From a virus (Duplodnaviria > Heunggongvirae > Uroviricota > Caudoviricetes), in IMG/VR virus record IMGVR_UViG_3300017707_001811, positions 37,573-101,572 of that record: a stretch of DNA of 64,000 bases, one strand, 5' to 3'. Position 1 is the stretch's first letter; the number at the start of each line of letters is the position of its first letter. The position numbers and the translations under genes were made by a program. The notes beneath the pieces are model-generated. The model was not told the origin of the DNA. It saw only the letters and a list, made by a program, of their open reading frames with translations, and ran no database searches. Positions 1 through 9,400 of this stretch are shown here, piece by piece.

Positions 1-1
1 T

Positions 2-559
2 AACCTACCTGCAGTACAGAAAAAAGCTAAATGGGCTTTGGATTGGATTGAAAATGCGTCATTCCAAGAGAGATTGGTGGCATTTGCGGCTGTTGAGGGT
101 ATCTTCTTTTCAGGTTCATTCTGTTCTATTTTCTGGTTGAAATCAAGAGGTATTATGCAAGGATTGTGTAATGCTAACGCTTTGATTTTCAAAGATGAAA
201 ACCTACACTGTGATTTTGCAATTCATTTGTTAAATAATCACGTTGAGAACAAACCAAGTGAAAAAAGAATTAAAGAAATTCTACTTTCAGCACTTGAGAT
301 TGAAAAAGAATTTATCACTGAATCACTACCTGTTTCTTTAATTGGTATGAACCAAAACTTAATGAAACAATATCTTGAGTTTGTGGTTGATGGTTTACTT
401 GTTAAAATGGGTTGTAAAAAACAATTTAACGTTGAACAACCATTTAAATTTATGGAACAAATTGCCGTTGAAACAAAGGGTAATTTCTTTGAATCCAGAA
501 CAGTTGAATACCAAAAAGCAAAGTTAAATGAGACCCTCTCCTTTACTGATGACTTTTAA
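2..559 (+). CDS. nrdB: Ribonucleotide reductase class Ia beta subunit (5'-truncated by window edge)
   Basis: Frame is open from base 2 ([15 protein letters not shown]...). Diiron motifs [10 protein letters not shown] and KDENLH; C-terminal NFFE..TVEY tail; directly upstream of nrdA. Confidence 0.95.
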   Translation, partial: NLPAVQKKAKWALDWIENASFQERLVAFAAVEGIFFSGSFCSIFWLKSRGIMQGLCNANALIFKDENLHCDFAIHLLNNHVENKPSEKRIKEILLSALEIEKEFITESLPVSLIGMNQNLMKQYLEFVVDGLLVKMGCKKQFNVEQPFKFMEQIAVETKGNFFESRTVEYQKAKLNETLSFTDDF

Positions 560-578
560 TTTACTATCTTTTTAAACT

Positions 579-3011
579 ATGATGTCACTAAGAATTAAAA
601 AACGTAGCGGTGAAGACGCTTCCTTTAACCCGCAGAAAATTTATAATAGAATTAAGAGAGCCTCAAAAGGTCTTAACGTTAATTCTGATGAAATTTTTAT
701 TAAAGTAATAACCTCAGTACCAACTGAAGGTGTAATAACTACAAAAGAATTAGATAAGTTAATTTATGAAATTGCCGCGGCATTTACAGGTAGTCATCAT
801 GATTATTCTAGACTAGCTTCCTCAGTCGCTATCTCATCTTATCATAAAGAAACAGACTCAAGTTTCTCAAATGTAATGCATACTTTACATGTTGACGGAA
901 TCATTAATGATAAGTTAATGGAGATAATTGAAAACTATGGTCCGTCAAATATTGATAATATTATTAATCATGATAATGACTATAACTTTGATTATTTTGC
1001 TTGGCGTTCATTACAAGAGATGTATCTTTTAAAATTACCAAATGGTAAAGTAGTTGAAAGACCCCAACACATGTATATGCGTGTCGCTCTTTGGATTACA
1101 AAATCATTTGAGGAGGCAGTTGAATATTATACTGCGTTATCTGAACAAAGAATTTCTCCCGCAACACCAATAATGATTAATGCGGGAACAAAAGTTCCAC
1201 AGTTAGCTTCTTGTGTTTTAAAATATAATGATGAAGATTCTCGTAAAGGTCTATTAGATACTATGAGAGATATATCTACTTACTCTTCAGATGCCGCAGG
1301 TATTGGACTTTGCATGTCAAATATTCGTAGTAAAGAAAGTAGAATTAATTCATCAGGTGGATTTGCAGGTGGTTTATTAAAGTATTTGAAGATTGTTAAC
1401 GAGTCACTTCGTTTCTTTAATCAACAAGGTCGTAGACCAGGTTCTGCGGCAATCTATTTGGAACCTTGGCATAAAGATATCTTTGATTTGTTAGATATTA
1501 AAAAGAACACAGGTGCTGAGGAATTAAGAGCTCGTGATTTGTTTACCGCACTTTGGATTCCCGATAATTTCATGAGAGCGGTTAAGAATAATGAAGATTG
1601 GTATTTGTTCTGTCCTAATGATATTAAGAAATCTGGTATTAAAGCATTACAAGAGTGTTATGGGGATGAATACGAATCTAACTACAATAAGGCTGTTGAA
1701 TTAGGTATCGGTAAAAAAGTTAAGGCTCAAGAAATTTGGAATAAAATTATTGAATCTCAGATTGAAACAGGAGTTCCTTACTTATGTTCTAAAGATAATG
1801 CTAACAAAAAGACCAACCATCAAAATATAGGTGTAATCAAACAATCAAATCTTTGTAATGAGATTTACCAATATACTGACGAAGATACTACTGCAATCTG
1901 CACATTATCATCTATGGTATTAAAAAACTTTGTTAAGGATGGAGAGTTTGACCACAAATTACTATATGAAGAAACTCGTAAAGTAGTTAGAGCGTTAAAT
2001 AAAGTTGTTGATATTAACAACTACTCAACAGAAAAAGGATTGAAAGGTGGATTAGCTCAAAGAGCAATTGCTATTGGAACTCAAGGACTTGCGGACGTAT
2101 TTTATTTGATGGATTATATCTTCACATCTGATGAAGCTCGTAAGTTGAACAAAGACATTTTTGAAACAATTTATTTCGCAGCAATCACTGAAAGTAATAA
2201 ATTGTGTATTGATGGATTATACCAACCGTACTCTCACTTTGAAGGGTCACCAATGTCACAAGGAGTATTCCAATTTGATATGTGGGGATTGAAAGAAGAT
2301 GAGTTATCAGGAAGATGGCCTTGGGGAATTCTTAAACAAAATGTTAGTAAGTATGGTGTTTGTAACTCATTATTCACGGCTCAAATGCCTGTTGCATCTT
2401 CAGCTAAGATTACAGGGTCATATGAAATGACTGAACCAGCTCACTCAGCTATTTTTAACAGACGTGTGGTTGGTGGTGAGATTATGATTGTTAACAAATA
2501 CTTGATTAACGACTTTGAAAAAATTGGAATTTGGTGTGAGGATTTGAAGAACGAAATCATTATGAACGAAGGTTCAATCCAAAACATCAACTTCAATAAC
2601 TACCTTGACCAAGAAGATAAGAAGTACAATTCAAAAGTTAAAAGAATTGAACACTTGATTAACAAGTATAAAACAATTTGGGAAATCTCACAAAAGTCAT
2701 TGATTGAAATGGCCGCAGACAGAGCTCCGTTTATTGACCAATCACAATCAATGAATATCTATATGGGTAACCCAACATTGTCAAAGATTTCATCATCACA
2801 TTTTTACGGATGGGAAAAGGGATTAAAAACACTTTGTTATTATGTTAGAACAAAGGCAATCTCAACAGGAGCGAAACATTTGGCGGTTGACATCTCAAAA
2901 GTACAAAAACCAAATCCAACACCTGAACCACCAAAGGTAGATTACTCTTATATGAATTTACCTCCAAAACCTGAAAATAGTGAATTTGATTGTTTTGGAT
3001 GTTCATCTTAA
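579..3011 (+). CDS. nrdA: Ribonucleotide reductase class Ia alpha subunit with N-terminal ATP-cone
   Basis: ATP-cone-like start (IKKRSGEDASFNPQKI), SPATP, ASC, NLCNEI catalytic loop, MPVASS, LCYY tyrosine pair and C-terminal CFGC. No intein or intron evident. Confidence 0.97.
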   Translation: MMSLRIKKRSGEDASFNPQKIYNRIKRASKGLNVNSDEIFIKVITSVPTEGVITTKELDKLIYEIAAAFTGSHHDYSRLASSVAISSYHKETDSSFSNVMHTLHVDGIINDKLMEIIENYGPSNIDNIINHDNDYNFDYFAWRSLQEMYLLKLPNGKVVERPQHMYMRVALWITKSFEEAVEYYTALSEQRISPATPIMINAGTKVPQLASCVLKYNDEDSRKGLLDTMRDISTYSSDAAGIGLCMSNIRSKESRINSSGGFAGGLLKYLKIVNESLRFFNQQGRRPGSAAIYLEPWHKDIFDLLDIKKNTGAEELRARDLFTALWIPDNFMRAVKNNEDWYLFCPNDIKKSGIKALQECYGDEYESNYNKAVELGIGKKVKAQEIWNKIIESQIETGVPYLCSKDNANKKTNHQNIGVIKQSNLCNEIYQYTDEDTTAICTLSSMVLKNFVKDGEFDHKLLYEETRKVVRALNKVVDINNYSTEKGLKGGLAQRAIAIGTQGLADVFYLMDYIFTSDEARKLNKDIFETIYFAAITESNKLCIDGLYQPYSHFEGSPMSQGVFQFDMWGLKEDELSGRWPWGILKQNVSKYGVCNSLFTAQMPVASSAKITGSYEMTEPAHSAIFNRRVVGGEIMIVNKYLINDFEKIGIWCEDLKNEIIMNEGSIQNINFNNYLDQEDKKYNSKVKRIEHLINKYKTIWEISQKSLIEMAADRAPFIDQSQSMNIYMGNPTLSKISSSHFYGWEKGLKTLCYYVRTKAISTGAKHLAVDISKVQKPNPTPEPPKVDYSYMNLPPKPENSEFDCFGCSS

Positions 3012-3026
3012 AATATCCGATGTGTT

Positions 3027-3051
3027 ATCCCGAGCTAGGTCGGGGTTTTTT
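3027..3051 (+). terminator. Intrinsic terminator after nrdA
   Basis: Hairpin atCCCGA-gctagg-TCGGGgt followed by a T-run. Confidence 0.8.
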
Positions 3052-3061
3052 ATTTTTAAGG

Positions 3062-3069
3062 TATTTATA
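3062..3069 (+). promoter_or_regulatory. TATTTATA putative late-promoter motif
   Basis: Lies 7 nt before ATG 3077; the same motif precedes many structural genes. Confidence 0.55.
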
Positions 3070-3076
3070 TGTTACC

Positions 3077-3856
3077 ATGGACAATTTAATTAGAGAAGAA
3101 ATAGAAAAAATAAAAAAAATTATGATTTCAGAAGAACTGGTTCAAAAAAATGGATACAGCTCTTTAAAAGAAACCATTGATATTTTATCAAAAAAAAATA
3201 AAGTATTATTATTAAGTTGTTCCAATAGATTTAATTGGGATGAAGATAATATTGATGTACCTAAATCTAAAATATTAGCATCATATATTAATGAAGAATT
3301 AAAAGACAATTCTGTTTTAATTGACATTACTGAATTAAAAATTTTCCCATGTGAAGGTAATGTTTCCAGAAAAGATGGTAATAGTTGTGGTATTATGAAA
3401 TCATTATTAAAAGATGATAAAAAAAATCCATCAGGATACCATAGATGTTGGGCTAGTTTAAATAATAAAACAGATGAACTTTGGAAAATTTCTAAAGAAC
3501 TTTTTGAGTCTGACACAGTGATTTTTTTTAGTTCAGTTAGATGGGGTCAAACAAATATGTACTACCAAAATCTAATTGAAAGATTAACTTGGATTGAAAA
3601 TAGACATGCGTCATTAGGTGAAAAAAATATTGTAGAAAATATTGAAAGTGGTTTCATATGTGTGGGACAAAATTGGAACGGAGAAAACGTAACAGATACC
3701 CAAAAACAAGTTCATGAATTTTATGGGTTCAAACCGAATAATAAATTATATTGGAATTGGCAATACACCAAAGACAAAAACGATGAAACTTTAAAATCCT
3801 ATAAAGAAAGTTATAAAAAATTCTATAAAGATTTCAAAATAGATGAAGAAGACTGA
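3077..3856 (+). CDS. Flavodoxin-fold protein (NADPH-dependent FMN reductase / iron-sulfur flavoprotein-like)
   Basis: VLLLSCSNR, FPCEG, SDTVIFFSSVRWG and LIERL motifs of the FMN_red/WrbA fold. Start moved from 2990 to ATG 3077, after the terminator and TATTTATA box. Confidence 0.7.
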   Translation: MDNLIREEIEKIKKIMISEELVQKNGYSSLKETIDILSKKNKVLLLSCSNRFNWDEDNIDVPKSKILASYINEELKDNSVLIDITELKIFPCEGNVSRKDGNSCGIMKSLLKDDKKNPSGYHRCWASLNNKTDELWKISKELFESDTVIFFSSVRWGQTNMYYQNLIERLTWIENRHASLGEKNIVENIESGFICVGQNWNGENVTDTQKQVHEFYGFKPNNKLYWNWQYTKDKNDETLKSYKESYKKFYKDFKIDEED

Positions 3857-4019
3857 TATCGGGTATTTCAAATACGAAAGTAGTATACCAAAAAAACTTA
3901 CTGAAATACCTTATTATCCAATTAATGATATTATACTTAATAGTTTAGAACACATCAAATATGAGTTTGAAAATAATGTACAAAAAAAAATAAATGGGAA
4001 ATTAGTGGTTTTGATTTAA
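3843..4019 (+). CDS. Small hypothetical protein, 58 aa (not in ORF track)
   Basis: ATG 3843 to TAA 4017-4019 (MKKTDIGYFKYESSIPKK...LVVLI); fills the gap between neighbouring genes. Confidence 0.55.
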   Translation: MKKTDIGYFKYESSIPKKLTEIPYYPINDIILNSLEHIKYEFENNVQKKINGKLVVLI

Positions 4020-4035
4020 TAACTATTTATTTAAT

Positions 4036-4497
4036 ATGGCTAACGGTAAAACATATGGTATTAATTTCCCATTTAGAGATTCTTTTAATGGGAAATATCT
4101 TGATTTATCTGACTACGCTAATGAGGAGATAAGAAGTGATTTAATTCATTTATTATTGACTAGAAAGGGGGCGAGATATTTTTTACCTGATTTTGGAACA
4201 AGATTATATGAATATATTTTTGAACCATTAGATGGACCGACATTCAACGAAATCGAGGCAGAAATTAGAGATTCTGTTGAAAAGTACATTCCTAATTTAT
4301 TAGTTAATTCTATTAATGTTTTTGCAGCAACAGATGAAGAAGGGACTGATGTCGTAACTACCGAGGGTAATGTTGATACTAGAACTTATAATTTACCTGG
4401 AAGAGCTGAAAGAGAATACACCGCTAAAGTTAGAATTGAATATACTATTACAAATGATGTATTTAATTCTAAAGATTTTGTAATTATTAATATATAA
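4036..4497 (+). CDS. Baseplate wedge protein, T4 gp25 / GPW-like
   Basis: IRSDLIHLLLTRKGARYFLPDFGTRLYEYIFEP...IRDSVEKYIP is the gp25/GPW signature. Confidence 0.9.
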   Translation: MANGKTYGINFPFRDSFNGKYLDLSDYANEEIRSDLIHLLLTRKGARYFLPDFGTRLYEYIFEPLDGPTFNEIEAEIRDSVEKYIPNLLVNSINVFAATDEEGTDVVTTEGNVDTRTYNLPGRAEREYTAKVRIEYTITNDVFNSKDFVIINI

Positions 4498-4498
4498 G

Positions 4499-6337
4499 AT
4501 GGCAAACAAACAGATTTCATATACAACTCGTGATTTTGAAAACATTCGAGAAGAATTAGTAAATTATACTAAAACTTACTATCCTGAACTTATAGGTAAT
4601 TTTAATGACGCTGCGATATTCAGTGTATTCATGGATTTAAATGCTGCGGTTACTGATAACCTACATTTTCATATTGATAGGGCGATTCAAGAAACAGTAT
4701 TGCAATACGCTCAACAAAGGTCTTCAATATACAATATTGCGAGAACGTACGGGTTAAAAATACCAGGTTTAAGACCTTCAGTTGCTTTAGTTGATTTTTC
4801 TATAACAGTGCCACCATTTGGAGATAAAGAAGATTTAAGATATTGTGGTATTTTAAGAAGAGGAAGTCAAGTCCAAGGTTCAGGGCAAGTATTTGAAGCG
4901 GCGTATGACATTGATTTTGCGTCACCATTTAATAATGAAGGTTACCCAAATAGATTAAAAATACCTAATTATAATGCGAGTAATCAAATTATTAATTACA
5001 CTATAGTTAAAAGAGAACCTGTAATTAATGGAGTTACGAAGGTTTTTAGAAAAACAATAACTAATGCGGAATCTAGACCTTTTTTTGAAATATTTTTACC
5101 TGAAAAAAATGTGTTAGGCGTAACTAGTGTTCTTCTTAAAGATGGTACTAATTATTCTAATGTACCCTCGGCTCAAGAATTTTTAGGTGTTGCAAATAAA
5201 TGGTATGAAGTACAAGCTTTGGCTGAGGATAGAATTTTTATAGAAGACCCTACTAAAACTTCAGACACGCCAGGAGTTAAAGTTGGTAAATATATTCAGA
5301 CTAATACTAGATTTATAACTGAGTATACTCCAGAAGGGTTTATGAAATTAACTTTTGGTGGGGGTAATACATCTACAGATGAATTATTAAGAGAGTTTGC
5401 AAGAAATGGAACACCGTTAGACTTATCAAAATACCAAAATAATTTCTCATTAGGGTCAACATTAAAGGCTAATTCAACACTGTTTATTCAGTATAGAGTC
5501 GGAGGAGGTTTAGGGACTAATTTAGGTATTAACACATTGAATCAAATTGGAACTATAAATTTTAATGTTAATGGACCCTCACAAACTATTAATACAAGTG
5601 TAATAACATCATTAAATTGTAATAACGTAACTGCCGCAGTTGGAGGCTCTAACGCACCGACAACAGAAGAAGTTAGAAATTATGTTACATTTAATTTTGC
5701 CGCTCAAAATAGAGCGGTTACAGTTAGTGACTACGAAGCATTAATACGTAAAATGCCCTCACAATTCGGAGCTCCTGCAAAAGTGGCAATTACTGAAGAA
5801 GATAATAAGATTAAAATTAATATATTGTCTTATGATATTAATGGTAAATTAACACCATTAGTTTCAAATACCCTTAAAAGTAATTTGGCTAATTATTTGT
5901 CAAACTATAGAATGATGAATGATTACATATTCATATCAAGTGCTAGTGTTATTGACTTATCATTCCAAATATATGTTACTTTAGACGCTACTCAAAATCA
6001 GGGGGCGGTAATTTCAAATATAATTACTAGAGTATCCAATTATATGAATCCTGTTAATCGTGAGATGGGACAAAATGTTAATGTTGCTGAAATAAGACAA
6101 TTAATACAAAGTGAAAATGGAGTAATAACATTATCAAAGATTGATGTGTTTAACAAGGTTGGAGGATTATATTCTTCATCTGAAACTTCACAATCATATT
6201 CTGACTCTGCAACCAAACAAATAGGGTTAATTAATGAGACTATTTTTGCTGAACCAAGTCAGATATATCAAGTAAGATTTCCTCAAAATGACATAACTGT
6301 AAGTGTGCTTAACTTACAAACTGTTAACTTCTCATAA
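4499..6337 (+). CDS. Baseplate wedge protein, T4 gp6 / Baseplate_J-like
   Basis: YTTRDFENIREEL start, ETVLQYAQQRSSIYNIARTYG, YRVGGG, GGSNAPTTEEVR and RAVTVSDYE; follows gp25-like gene. Confidence 0.88.
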   Translation: MANKQISYTTRDFENIREELVNYTKTYYPELIGNFNDAAIFSVFMDLNAAVTDNLHFHIDRAIQETVLQYAQQRSSIYNIARTYGLKIPGLRPSVALVDFSITVPPFGDKEDLRYCGILRRGSQVQGSGQVFEAAYDIDFASPFNNEGYPNRLKIPNYNASNQIINYTIVKREPVINGVTKVFRKTITNAESRPFFEIFLPEKNVLGVTSVLLKDGTNYSNVPSAQEFLGVANKWYEVQALAEDRIFIEDPTKTSDTPGVKVGKYIQTNTRFITEYTPEGFMKLTFGGGNTSTDELLREFARNGTPLDLSKYQNNFSLGSTLKANSTLFIQYRVGGGLGTNLGINTLNQIGTINFNVNGPSQTINTSVITSLNCNNVTAAVGGSNAPTTEEVRNYVTFNFAAQNRAVTVSDYEALIRKMPSQFGAPAKVAITEEDNKIKINILSYDINGKLTPLVSNTLKSNLANYLSNYRMMNDYIFISSASVIDLSFQIYVTLDATQNQGAVISNIITRVSNYMNPVNREMGQNVNVAEIRQLIQSENGVITLSKIDVFNKVGGLYSSSETSQSYSDSATKQIGLINETIFAEPSQIYQVRFPQNDITVSVLNLQTVNFS

Positions 6338-6401
6338 TATAGTTAAGTCTTATCATTTATTTTTTAAAAATAGTGAGTAAACTATTTATTAAAAAAAATA
6401 T

Positions 6402-9400
6402 ATGTCAAATTCTTATAGGATTAGAACTGAAGTTGGTGTTGATAAGTACCTACAAGTTAAATTAGAACAAGATTATGACCAACTTGATATATTATCGTTT
6501 TCTATTTTTCCAAACGATGTTTATACAAGGAATTGTCCTGATTTTGGAGTAGTTTGCGGTAGGGTATTTTGTAACAAAGGATTTGGTTTACCAAATGCTA
6601 AAGTTGCAATTTTTATACCTATATCAGATGAAGATGAATTAAATCCAATAATCTCTACTCTATACCCTTATAAGAGTTTTGAAGATTTAAATGAAGATGG
6701 TTATAAGTATAATTTATTACCGTACACTAAATCACACTCTGGTCACGTTCCTGTTGGTACATTTCCTGAGAGAGAAGACGTATTATTAGATTCTTCAGTA
6801 ATTGAGGTTTATGACAAATACTATAAGTTTACTGTAAAGACAAATGATTCAGGTGACTTCATGATTTTTGGGGTACCTGTTGGTCAGCATAACTTATTTA
6901 TGCAGATTGATTTATCTGATATTGGGGAATTTTCTTTAACCCCACAAGATTTAATTAGAATTGGAAGAGCAACTGAAAGTCAAGTTAATGGTGCTTCTTT
7001 TAAGTTTTCTGAAAATTATAGTGAGTTACCACAAATTGTAACATTACAAAAAATAATACAAGTTGCCCCTTTTTATGGTCAACCTGATATCTGTGATTAC
7101 TATATAGTTAGAGCGGACTTCGATTTAACAACAGAGTCTTCAATTACTCTTGAACCTACAGCAGTGTTCATGGGGTCCCTAATTTCGACTAATGACAGAA
7201 AGAAAATAAAAAGGACTTGTAAAACACCTGCTAAAGCTGGTTGGTTATGTGATTTAATTACAGGTCCAGGTCAAATAGAAACTATTAGACAAACAGTTGA
7301 TTCTGATGTAGATGGAAGACCAGTACTTGAAGACTTTAGATTAGAAAATGACGGTAAAATAATTGATGATAATGGAACATGGGTTGTTGAAGTCCCAATG
7401 AACTTAGAATATGTGTATACGGATGAATACGGCAATAGGTTAGTTTCAAATGACCCAACAGTAGGAGTACCGACAAAAGGTAAGTATAGATTTAAAATAA
7501 AATGGCAACAATCCCCAAAACTCTCAGAGGAAAATAAAAGAGGATATTTTTTAGTTCCAAATATTAAAGAGTATGGTTGGGAATCATCTAGTAATGACCC
7601 ATCTAACCAAAGTATTGCTAGTGGTAGTATTACTTTAAACCATAATTCTGACCCACAAGAATTAGTATTTGGTGCGCAATTTAATGATAATGCGATTAAT
7701 ATTAATAATTCCCAAAACGTACAAAGTTATGAAATTTTGGTTAATGACGTTGTAGTACCTGAATATCAAACAACAATACCAATATGTAATTTAGATAGTG
7801 GTGACATTGTAAAGATAAGATACACATTAACCGATACATCTGTTGATGGTGAATTATTTGTTACTATTTTAACAGAAAGTCAATGGTTACAACAATGTTC
7901 ATACGCTTATAGTTTAAGTTGGGAAGATTATGGTAATGACTTAATGGTTAATGAAGCCATTAACTGTGAGGATAGATTTTTTGAATTACAATATAATAAA
8001 GTTTACACCGTTTCACAATTATTAGATAGGGTAACTAGACAGAAATTTCCATATGCCCCACAAAAATCTATACAAATTAAACACATCACAGATTCAAAGT
8101 GTGAGGGAGATTACAACCCATTCCCAACTAATGACGCTTATTTTAGATATGATTTTATTTATCTTGCATTAACATTAATTCTCACAATTTTAAAATTTGT
8201 TCTTGTACCTCTTGTAGTTATAGTACACGTTTTGGCTTTTTTATGGCCAATATTTGCAATTATTATAATCGTTATTAGTGTAATTGCGAACATCGTAATA
8301 GCTATTTGTAATGGTATAAATAGTGTTGCTGGATTATTAGGGTTAAGTTTTGATTGCCCATCACCGATACCAATTGATAGTGAAATATTTAGTAATAATC
8401 CTTTTAAGAATATAAAATTACCTTTATTTTTATATACTGAAGATGGATGTGAAAGATGCAGATGTAATATTGATGGTGTTGATGTTAGTGATAACGCATA
8501 TTCCGACAGTTTAAGTCAATGGACTGCTCAAAATTCATTACAAAATACTTCTAATCTTATTGATTTTACTTCATTGAATAGTTACGGAAATGTTAATTAT
8601 ATACAATCTGTTTTGTTGGCTGGGTCTAATGACCCTGATAGACCTTGTATTGATAGAGTTCCTTATTATAATAATAATAGTGCAACATATTATATATCAT
8701 CAAGTTTACCTATTGCGGAAAGATTAAATTTATTTAATACTAAGGCTAAGTATTTTGATAATACTAATAGTAATTTAAGTCCTGGAAATACAGGATGGAA
8801 TCAAATAAAAGTTACTTGGTTTCCTGAAGCTAACGGTAATTTAAATCACTTTGACAATACATTAGTATTGTTAATCGAAACTACAGGATTTAGTAGAGGT
8901 GATATTATATCTTTCCAAAATCCTGCTATGTCAAATGATATTAACGCTAATAATATAACAGGTGCAACATCAATACCCGAAACGATAACTGTTAGATATG
9001 CTAACCCTGTTTTTGGCTTAGGTGAATCCCAAGTTACGTACGCGATGCCTTGGTATAGCGAAGAACAAAGAGAATTAACTAGAACTACGTGTTTTAAGGC
9101 GGATATTGAGTATTTCCAAGTACTTGATATAGTTGACTTTGATACTTATAAATCAAACGCTAATCCACTTTCGAATAATGATAATCGATTTTCATTACCT
9201 TGGAGATTTTTAGATTCCTCACATATTTTTAATGGAGATGTTGGGGTTAATGGAACCTCTAGTTGGGGATTTGATAACTCAATGGCATATTTTACTGAAA
9301 GTACAGAAAATGCCAATGCCGCTATAGAAGCTTGTAGATATGGGGTATTCCATAAATATGGTAGTAATTTAGATGCGTTATCGTATAATACATTTACTGG

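Noticed and set aside
170-215. NrdB IFKDENLH instead of the common ISRDExLH
   Set aside because: Conservative Arg-to-Lys change with all metal ligands retained; not enough evidence for a different RNR subclass.
579-3011. Intein or intron in nrdA
   Set aside because: Length (810 aa) and motif order are continuous, with no splicing motifs.
2990-3076. ORF-track N-terminal extensions (2990, 42082, 47712, 48570, 59949, 61626)
   Set aside because: They run through terminators or upstream genes; downstream ATGs with stop/start coupling or promoter boxes are more plausible.
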